Origin: Nitrososphaerota archaeon
GTDB lineage: Archaea; Thermoproteota; EX4484-205; JAAOZP01
NCBI GenBank assembly: GCA_011605725.1
Contig: JAAOZP010000009.1
Location: 64,001-128,000, forward strand
DNA: 64,000 nucleotides
Reading direction: 5' to 3'
Shown here: one piece after another, positions 19,732 to 28,843 of the stretch
How the letters are laid out: each line of letters starts with the position of its first letter
How positions within the stretch are numbered: the stretch's first letter is position 1
Notes under the pieces: model-generated
Told to the model about the DNA's origin: nothing
Databases searched by the model: none
Seen by the model: the letters and a program-made list of their open reading frames with translations, nothing else
Position numbers and translations under genes: made by a program

Positions 19732-20733
19732 GTGGGGGAGCGTCTCACATGCATCGGGGTTGAATCTACTGCCCACACTTTCGGAATAGGTGTTGTGAGA
19801 CATTCTCCCTTCGAGATTCTCTGCGATATCCGCCGTGTTTACAGGCCTTCTTCAGGCGGAATCCATCCGAGTGAGGCTGCGAAGCATCATCTTCAGAACG
19901 CGTCTAACGCTCTTAAGGAAACACTGTCTAAAATCAGAGTTGAAGACATAGATCTGGTTGCGTTTTCACGCGGCCCGGGTCTGGGGCCATGTCTAAGGGT
20001 TGGAGCAGCCTTGGCGAGAATGATCGCTATAAAACTTGGAAAACCACTGGTAGGGGTTAACCATGCTGCTGCACACGTGGAGATCGCGAGGGTTCTAACC
20101 AGGGCTGCCAACCCGGTTGTGCTCTATGTTTCCGGTGGTAACACACAGGTGATTCATCCTTCTGAGGGGAGATACGTGGTTCTGGGAGAGACGGAGGATA
20201 TTGCCGTCGGAAACCTTATCGATGCTTTCGCTAGGAAAGCTGGTCTCGAATTCCCAGGGGGTCCGAGAGTCATGGAGCTGGCTTCAAAGTCAAGCAGGCT
20301 GATAAGGCTGCCCTATAGTGTTAAGGGCATGAACGTGTCTTTCTCAGGGATGCTCACCATGCTTGAAAGCCTCGTTGGGAAGGAACCGATTGAAGACCTT
20401 TGTTTTTCATTGCAGGAAACTGCTTTCTCAATGCTGATCGAGGTTTCGGAGAGAGCTATGGCGATGCTTGGGGTTGACGAGTTCATAATAGCTGGCGGCG
20501 TAGGCGCCAACCGGAGGCTCAGGGAGATGGCTGGGGAAATGTGTAGGGATAGGAAAGCCTTCTTCCTCGATTATCCGGTTGAGTATTATGCTGACAACGG
20601 TGTCATGATCGCTTGGGAGGGAATCGTGCAATACAGGTTGGGAGAGTCGCTTAGAGTTGAAGAGTCTATTGTTAAGCCAAGGTGGAGGCTGAGTGATGTC
20701 AAGTCTCCTCCCTCAGGGTTGTACTCGAATTAA
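19732..20733 (+). CDS. kae1: KEOPS t6A threonylcarbamoyltransferase Kae1
   Basis: GVESTAHT, GPGLGPCL, VNHAAAHVE, YVSGGNTQ, DNGVMIA. Confidence 0.96.
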   Translation: MGERLTCIGVESTAHTFGIGVVRHSPFEILCDIRRVYRPSSGGIHPSEAAKHHLQNASNALKETLSKIRVEDIDLVAFSRGPGLGPCLRVGAALARMIAIKLGKPLVGVNHAAAHVEIARVLTRAANPVVLYVSGGNTQVIHPSEGRYVVLGETEDIAVGNLIDAFARKAGLEFPGGPRVMELASKSSRLIRLPYSVKGMNVSFSGMLTMLESLVGKEPIEDLCFSLQETAFSMLIEVSERAMAMLGVDEFIIAGGVGANRRLREMAGEMCRDRKAFFLDYPVEYYADNGVMIAWEGIVQYRLGESLRVEESIVKPRWRLSDVKSPPSGLYSN

Positions 20734-21361
20734 AACCCTCTACCAGGGTGCGGAGGCAATCGTAGACCTGTGCGAATGGCTGGGCAGAGAGGTTGTTGTG
20801 AAAACCAGGATCGCTAAGAGCTACAGGGTTAGGGAGCTCGATGACTTGATAAGGCGTTCCAGAACAATTAGGGAAGCATCTCTCTTGAGCTCAGCTAAGA
20901 AGGCTGGTGTCGAAACCCCTTTCATCTACCATGTAAACCCGGTTGAAGGATGGATATTGATGAGCTATGTTAAAGGAGAGAGCCTTAGAAGCATGCAGGG
21001 CTCAAGCATGTTCCCAAGCCTTGTTAACAGGCTTGGAAGCATAGTCGGCAAGCTTCACGCAGCAGGCATAGTGCATGGCGACCTTACTCCGGCGAACGTG
21101 ATCATATCTGGCGGAAGACTTGTGCTCATAGACTTCGGCCTAGGCGAATACTCTAACGAGGTGGAGAAGAAGGCTGAGGACATATACATGCTGGTTTCAA
21201 GCCTGGCGCCGCTTCCAGACCACGAGGTTCTCGCAAAAATGTTTCTAGAAGGATACAGGTCTTCAGCCGGGGAGTCGGCTGGCAGGGTTGAAGAAAGGCT
21301 TAGAGAGATCAGTGTGAGAGGCAGATACGTGGAGAAGGAGCTGAGGCGGCGAACAGGTTAG
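20693..21361 (+). CDS. bud32: KEOPS kinase Bud32
   Basis: QGAEA, HGDLT, IDFGL, RGRY. Confidence 0.95.
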   Translation: MMSSLLPQGCTRIKTLYQGAEAIVDLCEWLGREVVVKTRIAKSYRVRELDDLIRRSRTIREASLLSSAKKAGVETPFIYHVNPVEGWILMSYVKGESLRSMQGSSMFPSLVNRLGSIVGKLHAAGIVHGDLTPANVIISGGRLVLIDFGLGEYSNEVEKKAEDIYMLVSSLAPLPDHEVLAKMFLEGYRSSAGESAGRVEERLREISVRGRYVEKELRRRTG

Positions 21362-21440
21362 CTATTCTCTTAACGCCTTCTTATTCGCCGGTTTTAAGAC
21401 TCAGATAAAAATAATTTGGGGAAGCTTAATTGGCGTGCTG

Positions 21441-22793
21441 TTAAACACTTAGAATAACCTTTTCATGAACCGCCTTAACAGCTTTCTCCGCATCCTCCAT
21501 CAGCACTACGAAGGATATGCTTGTCTCAGACGAGCCTTGAGCTATGGCTAGAACGTTAACACCTGCTTCAGCAACAGCGGAGAATATTCTTGCTGCAACA
21601 CCCTTAGTCCCCCTCATGCCCTCCCCAACGGCGGATATTACTGCAACACCCCTCTGTATCCTGATTCTTTTAATAAGCCTCTGTCTGCTAAATCCTTCTC
21701 TCAACCCTTTCAAAGCCATGTCTAAATCCCTATCTTTAACAAGCAGGGTTATTCCGATTTCTGAAGCATCCTGACTTATCATGGAGATGCTCACCCCTCT
21801 CTTCGCAACCTCGCCGAGTATGGCGGAAGCCACGCCCGGCGTACCTGCCATAGCAGCCCCCTCAACGGTTAAAATACTCATGTCAGGTATCATCGCTACA
21901 GCTTTAACTATTTGCTTCTCAACAGCTTTTTCAAAGCCTATTGTGGTGCATTCTTTAAAGGGTTCCTGGATGCTTGAAACTATGATTCTTACCCCCAGCT
22001 CTTCAGCAAGCTCCACTGCCTGAGGGCTCATAACCCATTCTCCAAGCCTTGAAAGCTCCAGCGCCTCCGAGTATGATAAACTAGGTATGGTTCTCGCCTT
22101 ATCGGTAATCCAGGGGTCGGCTGTGTAAATGCCGCCGTTAGCCTTTGGAACATAGACCTCGTCTACTCTCAACTCGCTTGCAGCAAGTATTGCCACTACG
22201 CTGCCCATCCCCTTTTTAAGAAAGGCTTCACTACCCTCATGGTCAACGCAGGACCTGCCGGATACTACAAGAACTTCTTTTGAAACATTTTTCAACCTAT
22301 CCGGCTTAACAAGGCTCACGTGATGACTCCACGGCGGCTCATAATCTTCTATGAGCATGAATCCTGCTTGTCCGGCTGTAACCCATTTAGTGTCAACACC
22401 GATTGCGTTCAAATGGCTGGAAAAAACTCTAGCAACAGTGTTTCCAAGCAGGTTAAGCATTACAGGCAGCCCTCTGGGTGTTGCACCGCCAGCCTTCTTC
22501 TCAGCGTGCAAATACTCAATGATCTTGTTTAAGCTTTCAACAATCTCGGCTTCAACACTCTTCCTCAGATCCTCCGGGATCCCCTTCGCAAGACTGTTAA
22601 GCTCACCGGCCAGCTTTGCTAAAGCTTCCTCCTCGCTTACACGTGAGGCAGCAGCCTCGGTCAGAGCCTTCAAGATCTCTTCACGCGGCTCAACTATTAT
22701 CACTAACCCGCCGGAGGCTTTTTCAGCAAGCTTCTCGCAAAGCCCTCTCAATTCAAGCCCTGTGTTCTCAAGGTTAATGTTTACAATCCTCAA
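21441..22793 (-). CDS. aspartokinase-like protein with degenerate kinase motifs and two ACT domains
   Basis: GIYTADP...LSYSEALEL retained; KFGG, GRGGSD and TDV motifs absent; well-conserved ACT repeats. Confidence 0.85.
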   Translation of the reverse strand: MRIVNINLENTGLELRGLCEKLAEKASGGLVIIVEPREEILKALTEAAASRVSEEEALAKLAGELNSLAKGIPEDLRKSVEAEIVESLNKIIEYLHAEKKAGGATPRGLPVMLNLLGNTVARVFSSHLNAIGVDTKWVTAGQAGFMLIEDYEPPWSHHVSLVKPDRLKNVSKEVLVVSGRSCVDHEGSEAFLKKGMGSVVAILAASELRVDEVYVPKANGGIYTADPWITDKARTIPSLSYSEALELSRLGEWVMSPQAVELAEELGVRIIVSSIQEPFKECTTIGFEKAVEKQIVKAVAMIPDMSILTVEGAAMAGTPGVASAILGEVAKRGVSISMISQDASEIGITLLVKDRDLDMALKGLREGFSRQRLIKRIRIQRGVAVISAVGEGMRGTKGVAARIFSAVAEAGVNVLAIAQGSSETSISFVVLMEDAEKAVKAVHEKVILSV

Positions 22794-23800
22794 CGCTTCT
22801 CTTCCTCCAATATTTCAAAAATATCTCTAATTATTGCGGCTGCTGTTTCGAACGGTCCAGCTCCCCTCCCAAGCAGGTAAACCGGTCCAGCTCTCTTCAT
22901 TCTGAACTCCACCGCGTTCAGTGTCCCATTCACGTCAAGCATACTCCCCTTCTTAAGCTTTGAAGGACCGACCCTGAGCCTACCTTGCTCAGTGAATTCT
23001 CCAACAAGCCTGATCGAGTACCCGTTTAAAGCAGCTTCAAGCAGGTCATTAGGCTTAACTTCTTCTATTCCTTTCAACTCGACTTCATCAGCCCTATGAC
23101 CGCCTTCAATAGTGTTAGCTATTATGGTTATCTTATAAGCAGTATCCATCCCCGATACGTCCATAGTCGGGTCGGCTTCAGCAATACCTATTTCACGTGC
23201 AAGCCTCAAAGCTTCATCATAGCTTCTTCCCTCCTCCATTAATGTGAGGATATAGTTTGAAGTAGCGTTTAAAACTCCACGGATGCTTTCAACAACATCT
23301 CCAATCATGAGGGTTCTGAGTGTTTTCAAAACAGGCAGCCCACCTCCAACTGTTGCACTGTACTTCACTATCCTACCATGGGACAAAGCTGTCCTCATAA
23401 TCAGGTCATAATCATATGCGAAAGGAGCCTTGTTGGCTGAGACAACGTGGGAACCATGCTCTAGAGCCTTAAGAATATGTCTTAAAGCAGGTCCTGACCC
23501 GCCTCTGCTCGTCGGAGTTACTTCAACAGTCACATTAGGCTGTGCAATCCCTATGGCTTCAGCCGCGTCCATGCTCGGGAAACCACCCTGCTCAGAATAG
23601 GCTACGGAGCCCTTCTCAAGCTTGGTTGTTAAAAGACTACTAACCTTAACACCGTTCTCAGAGAGCGTCGCGCCCCCTCTATCCACTATTCCAACGATCC
23701 TCGGCTCTGCTCCAAGCCTCCTGAACCTCCGCCTCTCTTCCTCCATGAGCTGTAGGAAGGCTCTTCCAACGTTTCCAAAGCCGATTAGAAGAATCCTCAT
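22790..23800 (-). CDS. hom: homoserine dehydrogenase
   Basis: IGFGNVG, VVSANKAP, ATVGGGLP, AEADPTMDVSG, GRGAG. Confidence 0.95.
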   Translation of the reverse strand: MRILLIGFGNVGRAFLQLMEEERRRFRRLGAEPRIVGIVDRGGATLSENGVKVSSLLTTKLEKGSVAYSEQGGFPSMDAAEAIGIAQPNVTVEVTPTSRGGSGPALRHILKALEHGSHVVSANKAPFAYDYDLIMRTALSHGRIVKYSATVGGGLPVLKTLRTLMIGDVVESIRGVLNATSNYILTLMEEGRSYDEALRLAREIGIAEADPTMDVSGMDTAYKITIIANTIEGGHRADEVELKGIEEVKPNDLLEAALNGYSIRLVGEFTEQGRLRVGPSKLKKGSMLDVNGTLNAVEFRMKRAGPVYLLGRGAGPFETAAAIIRDIFEILEEEKR

Positions 23801-25014
23801 GAAAGCTTCCTCAAAGCCTCCGCAGGGTTTTCACCCGGATGAATTACGAGCTCAGCATAAGGCTCTATGTTTATACTCGGATCTTTCAAACCATGTCCCG
23901 TAACTACGGCGACGACTGTTTCATCACCCTTGAAGAATCCTTCTTTAGAAAGTTTTTCTAAACCTGCCACTGAGGCTGCTCCAGCAGGCTCTGCGAACAA
24001 GCCCTCCATCCTAGCAAGGTCTACCTGCGCCTTCAATATTTCCCTGTCGCTGACAGCAACCGCTGTTCCCCGAGAATCCCTTATCGCCCTCAACGCTTTC
24101 TTCCAAGATAATGGTTTCCCGATCCTTATCGCTGTAGCAACAGTCTCCGGCTTTTCAACAGGCTCTATGGTTTCCCTATTTTGAAGACAGGCTTTCACTA
24201 TTGGAGCAGCTCCCTCAGCCTGAACCCCGATCATCCGCGGTTTAGACTCAGCCAGACCAGCTTCAACCAGCTCTTTAAAACCTTTCCAGCCTGAAGAAAT
24301 GTTTGCAGCGTTTCCCACGGGGTATACAGTGAAATCTGGCACACTTTTAAGGCTCTCCCATATTTCGAAAGCGATTGTCTTCTGCCCTTCAATCCTATAC
24401 GGGTTTACAGAATTCAAAACATAAACCCCAAGCTCCTCCCTGTGCATGAGAAGTGTTTTCAAAGCGTCGTCGAAATTTCCCCTGACCCTGACTATCGTGG
24501 CGCCATGGGCAACAGCCTGCAGAAGCTTCCCTGGCGCAACATAGCCGTCTGGAAGAAAGACGAGGCTTCTTAAGCCAGCCCTAGCCGCGTAGGCTGACAT
24601 CGATGCTGAAGTATTTCCAGTTGAAGCACACGCTACGCTTTTAGCATTAAACTTGAGGGCGATGCTTACAGCCACAGTCATACCCCTGTCTTTAAAAGAA
24701 CCGGTTGGATTAGCTCCTTCAAACTTCACGTAGAGGTTTTTCAAGCCTAAGTATTTCCCAAGCCTTTCAGCCTTAACCAGCGGAGTGTCTCCTTCACTCA
24801 GAGTGACAATTCTCTCAACCTTTGGAAGGAGGCTCCTATACCTCCAAACACCCCTACCGTTAAACGAGACGCTTCTGAAAACGCTCCTGGGGTAAGCAAC
24901 CTCTAAGAGCCCTCCGCATTTCACGCAGACAAGCATGTTTCCCCCGGGCTCATGGGTTGCGCCGCAATCTATGCATTCCAGAGCCTCGCCGTCCCGATAC
25001 TCCATTACCCGCAT
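23797..25014 (-). CDS. thrC: threonine synthase
   Basis: NPTGSFKDRG, ASTGNTSAS, RIEGQKT, TGHGLKD. Confidence 0.96.
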   Translation of the reverse strand: MRVMEYRDGEALECIDCGATHEPGGNMLVCVKCGGLLEVAYPRSVFRSVSFNGRGVWRYRSLLPKVERIVTLSEGDTPLVKAERLGKYLGLKNLYVKFEGANPTGSFKDRGMTVAVSIALKFNAKSVACASTGNTSASMSAYAARAGLRSLVFLPDGYVAPGKLLQAVAHGATIVRVRGNFDDALKTLLMHREELGVYVLNSVNPYRIEGQKTIAFEIWESLKSVPDFTVYPVGNAANISSGWKGFKELVEAGLAESKPRMIGVQAEGAAPIVKACLQNRETIEPVEKPETVATAIRIGKPLSWKKALRAIRDSRGTAVAVSDREILKAQVDLARMEGLFAEPAGAASVAGLEKLSKEGFFKGDETVVAVVTGHGLKDPSINIEPYAELVIHPGENPAEALRKLS

Positions 25015-25070
25015 ACTCGCCTCATGAGAAGTTTTAAGCTTTAATATCTCTCAACCGTGAGAAATGGCTG

Positions 25071-25637
25071 ATGAAGCTACTGTTCATAACTGGGAACCCT
25101 GGGAAATTCATAGAGGCGCAGAAGCTGCTCGGAGAATTCGGGATAACGCTTGAACAAGCTGATATTGAAATAATCGAACCCCAGTCGGAAACCCTGGAAG
25201 AAGTCGCTGAGAGATGCGCTCAGGAAGCTTTGAAAAAAATAGGGGAACGCTTCATAATCGAGGACTCAGGGCTGTTCGTAAACTCTCTAAACGGCTTCCC
25301 AGGAGTATACTCCTCCTACGTCTACAGGAAGATAGGGTGCGAAGGAATACTTAGGCTTCTAGAAGGCTCCTCAGACAGATCAGCATACTTCATGACCGCA
25401 CTAGCATACGGCGAGCCACAGGGAGAAATCAGAATATTCACAGGCAGGGTGGACGGCACAATATCCAAAGAGCCGCGTGGAAAAAGCGGGTTTGGTTATG
25501 ACCCCGTCTTCATACCTTTCGGCTCCAACCTGACTTTCGCGGAGATGAGCGTTGAGGAGAAGAATAAGTTTTCTCACAGGGCTAGGGCGTTGAGGAGCTT
25601 TGCATCATGGTTCGTGAAGAGACATGGGGAAAAGTAA
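25071..25637 (+). CDS. rdgB: non-canonical purine NTP pyrophosphatase (RdgB/HAM1)
   Basis: TGNPGK, EDSGL, GFPGVYS, GFGYDPVF, SHR. Confidence 0.96.
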   Translation: MKLLFITGNPGKFIEAQKLLGEFGITLEQADIEIIEPQSETLEEVAERCAQEALKKIGERFIIEDSGLFVNSLNGFPGVYSSYVYRKIGCEGILRLLEGSSDRSAYFMTALAYGEPQGEIRIFTGRVDGTISKEPRGKSGFGYDPVFIPFGSNLTFAEMSVEEKNKFSHRARALRSFASWFVKRHGEK

Positions 25638-25835
25638 ACGTGGTGTCTAGCGCGCGAGGCTCATCTGGATAGGACTTATGGGGCACATTATTTGGAGATA
25701 TATGCTCAAGATCGGATAAGGTTCATCGAAGAAATAGGGAGCTACAACCCTGCACATGTAGAGAAATTCGAAGAATTCTTAAAGGCATATGAGGAGGGTA
25801 AATTAAGGGGAGGAAGACCAAAAAAGGGAGGATAA
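25638..25835 (+). pseudogene. 5'-truncated remnant resembling the C-terminal part of a LAGLIDADG-like domain
   Basis: Open frame ...AHYLEIYAQDRIRFIEEIGSYNPAHVEKFEEF...KKGG*; no start at its 5' end; family call by eye. Confidence 0.5.
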
Positions 25836-25838
25836 TAG

Positions 25839-26600
25839 ATGAGTAGGATCACTGTTTGGGGATGGGGTGATAAATACGAGGCGGCAAGAGTTAATAGCGA
25901 AGCATGCGTCGAAAAGTTTTGGAGAGAAGCGACTAGAGAGTGTCATATAGCTTTAGTGGGTAAAGATAGGCGTGAGGGTATGATTTTTGGGATTGATGTT
26001 TACACAGATGATCCGAAGAGCGTCGGATTTTTAGTGGAAAGATTGCTCAACCTAGTCCTTATGAGGAAAAATAAGGTTTACGAAATTACGATGGAATTTC
26101 TTATTGAGGAAGCCTCGTATAAGGAACGCTTTAAGACGCTTGAGGAGGTTGAGAAGCAGTACGAAACCCTTGCAGATATGTGTATTGAGAAGGTTAAAGA
26201 CGATCCACGGGTGAAACCATTAACGGATGGAAGGAAAATATTGGTCTTCCCGGATATGAGCTTGTTCGTCAAGCTTGAACCCGAGTACGGATTAAGGATG
26301 TCGGTAGGGGCCTCACATTTCAACTTCAATGAGGTGCTTGGATTCATCCAATCCCTATCGGAGGATTTAATTAAAAGCAAGCTGGCTAAAAGCATTCTAG
26401 GCTATAAACTCTTGTTGGACGTAGATAGGCTTGAGATTTCTGATGTTGATGTTACCGAGGATGAGGTTCTGGTAGACCTTGCAGTATTTGAGCCTAAAAA
26501 TCTGGAATCTAATACTTATTGGTTTCATCGTTATTGCAACGAGTTATGTCCCCCGGTTGTGCCATCGGGTTTTCCGCTGGCTGCCGTTTTAACCAGGTAA
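25839..26600 (+). CDS. hypothetical acidic protein (ORFan)
   Basis: 253-aa ORF with GGAGG upstream, AT-richer than flanking genes; no family recognised. Confidence 0.75.
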   Translation: MSRITVWGWGDKYEAARVNSEACVEKFWREATRECHIALVGKDRREGMIFGIDVYTDDPKSVGFLVERLLNLVLMRKNKVYEITMEFLIEEASYKERFKTLEEVEKQYETLADMCIEKVKDDPRVKPLTDGRKILVFPDMSLFVKLEPEYGLRMSVGASHFNFNEVLGFIQSLSEDLIKSKLAKSILGYKLLLDVDRLEISDVDVTEDEVLVDLAVFEPKNLESNTYWFHRYCNELCPPVVPSGFPLAAVLTR

Positions 26601-26716
26601 TCCTCCTTCTGCTTCTTCCCTTAGTGTTTAAAATAAGTGCTGCCTATGCCATAGGCTTGGTAACGCTGTCAGAGAAGCTTATATAGGGGTTTGCTGGAAG
26701 GAATTTGGCTTAAAAA

Positions 26717-27157
26717 TTGGCTAGGATGCATAGTCATAAGAGGGGTAAGTCGGGTTCGCGTAGAGTAGTGTATAGCGGGGCTCCGCCATGGTTATCGTTA
26801 AAGCCTGAGGAGGTTGAGGGGCTCGTGGTTAAGCTGGCTTCAGAAGGGTATGGTCCTTCTCAAATCGGGCTGATACTGAGAGACTCGTATGGGGTTCCCT
26901 CCGTCAGGAACATAACGGGTAAGAAGATTTCGAGAATACTTCTTGAAAAAGGTGTGAAGTTCTCTAGGACGGAGGATCTCGATAGGCTTGTGGCTAAGGC
27001 TGAGAGGATGGTTACTCATTTAACCAGGAATAAGTCCGACCGTTTTAACGTTCATAATCTTCAACTGGTGGAGTCTAAGATTAGGAGGCTTGCCCGTTAC
27101 TATTCTAGGAGGAAAGTGCCTCTTCCCGACCTGAAGGTTCTTGAAGCCAAGATATGA
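26717..27157 (+). CDS. rps15: 30S ribosomal protein uS15
   Basis: MARMHSHKRGKSGS, IGLILRDSYG, ESKIRRLARYY. Confidence 0.97.
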   Translation: MARMHSHKRGKSGSRRVVYSGAPPWLSLKPEEVEGLVVKLASEGYGPSQIGLILRDSYGVPSVRNITGKKISRILLEKGVKFSRTEDLDRLVAKAERMVTHLTRNKSDRFNVHNLQLVESKIRRLARYYSRRKVPLPDLKVLEAKI

Positions 27158-28593
27158 GCAATGCGTCGGAGACTCAGAGGAGATTCATTTTTGAAGCAAG
27201 GGATTTCGCGAGCAAACTTGGTTCTTTCGACTGGAATGATACTCTAATAGTTTTTCACGCTGATGCAGATGGGACTGCTGCTGCAGCAATAGCCTGCCTC
27301 GCTTTGAGAAGCATGGGTGTCTCCTTCTCCGCCGTGTCCGTGACGCAGATAGACAGGGTTTTTCTGGAGAGCATTGCATTCCCGTCGAGGCCGGTGCTTT
27401 TCCTAGATATTGGGGCAGGATACTTAAACGAGATAACGAGTGTTCTTGAACCTTCGAGAGTCGTTATACTTGACCATCATGAGGTTGAAGGGAATTCTGG
27501 TAATATTCTTATGTTAAACCCTAACGAGCATGGTTTAAACGGTGGTTCAGATGTCTCCGGCTCAGGTGTCTCATACCTGGTTTTCAAGAACCTTGTTGAA
27601 GATTTTTCCAGGATGAATGAGCTGGCGATAGTGGGCGCCTTGGCAGACATGCAGGACGTGGGTGCTAACAGGTCGCTCACAGGATTAAACTCGACGATAG
27701 TTCTTGAAGGGGAAGAGATGAACATAGTAAGGGTCGAGGAGGACTTCGTGTTCTTCGGCAGGGAAACCCTGCCGATACATGTTTCAATCTCTTCCTCATC
27801 GAACTTCATAATACCGGGACTAAGCGGCGATGAGAACGTTGCTCTAAACCTTTTAAGAAGTCTAGGAATAGAGGTTAAGACGGATGATAAGTGGAGGACT
27901 TTCAACGATCTCTCGCAAGCCGAGAGGTCGAGGCTTCTCACAGGGTTGATGCAGTATACTGCTGACTTAGGCTTCTCGCCTGAGAGTGCTCAAAACCTGT
28001 TCGGCACCATATATGTTTTCGAAAAGGAGCCTAGAGGCACTGTTTTAAGAGATGGAAGGGAGTTCTCAGCCCTGTTGAACTCCTGCGCAAGAATGGGGCG
28101 TTCCGCGATAGGCTTGGCGGTTGCAATGGGTGAAAGAGGTAGAATGTTCGAAGAAGCTCAACAAGTTAGCCGAGAATACAGGTCAGCCATCTCCAAGTCT
28201 CTATCAAACCTTATAAGCGTACCCGGGGCCAAGGTTGAATCTGAGAAAATACTGCTTTACAATGGTGAAGGAATCATTGATCAGAGAGTATTAAGCCCAG
28301 TTGCCTCAATAATATTCTCCAGTCTCCCTAAGGATTTTCAAAAGATCCTAATCGTAACGGCTGATGATGATGATTCGTTAAAGGTTTCAATAAGGGTTCC
28401 GAGGATCCTTGTTGAGAAGGGCATCAGGGGGAGCCTGCTGGCTTCAAATGCTGCCAGGGAAGCCGGGGGATTCGGGGGAGGACATGATGTTGCAGCAGGG
28501 GCAACTGTACCTAGGAGAAGATTCCACTCTTTCATGGAGGCTTTTGAAAGAAATGCTACAGAACAATTCGGCAGAATGCTTCGCAATTCTTGA
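27154..28593 (+). CDS. RecJ-like DHH phosphoesterase
   Basis: HADADG, LDHH, VGALADMQD, GGGHDVAAG; conserved position after rps15. Confidence 0.93.
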   Translation: MSNASETQRRFIFEARDFASKLGSFDWNDTLIVFHADADGTAAAAIACLALRSMGVSFSAVSVTQIDRVFLESIAFPSRPVLFLDIGAGYLNEITSVLEPSRVVILDHHEVEGNSGNILMLNPNEHGLNGGSDVSGSGVSYLVFKNLVEDFSRMNELAIVGALADMQDVGANRSLTGLNSTIVLEGEEMNIVRVEEDFVFFGRETLPIHVSISSSSNFIIPGLSGDENVALNLLRSLGIEVKTDDKWRTFNDLSQAERSRLLTGLMQYTADLGFSPESAQNLFGTIYVFEKEPRGTVLRDGREFSALLNSCARMGRSAIGLAVAMGERGRMFEEAQQVSREYRSAISKSLSNLISVPGAKVESEKILLYNGEGIIDQRVLSPVASIIFSSLPKDFQKILIVTADDDDSLKVSIRVPRILVEKGIRGSLLASNAAREAGGFGGGHDVAAGATVPRRRFHSFMEAFERNATEQFGRMLRNS

Positions 28594-28843
28594 GGCGGTT
28601 TTCAAAAGCGAGTTTGAAGCGAGGCTTGCATACTTAGCGTTAAAGCCGGATGAGGCTTTAAAGGTTAAGGGGTTAAGAGTATCATCCAGTTTAAGAGGCC
28701 GGAGGATACTTCTCAAAGTCGCGTGTAGAAGAGGATTAATGTCTCTCGCGTACACTTTGCTCGACTACCTGAATCATCTTAAGATGATTCAGGAGGCTTC
28801 TTTAAGGCTCGAGGAGGCCAAGTGTCCATGGTCACAGGCTTAA
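28553..28843 (+). CDS. pcc1: KEOPS subunit Pcc1
   Basis: ARLAYLALKPD pattern; size and position between the DHH gene and rps3ae. Confidence 0.75.
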   Translation: MLQNNSAECFAILEAVFKSEFEARLAYLALKPDEALKVKGLRVSSSLRGRRILLKVACRRGLMSLAYTLLDYLNHLKMIQEASLRLEEAKCPWSQA

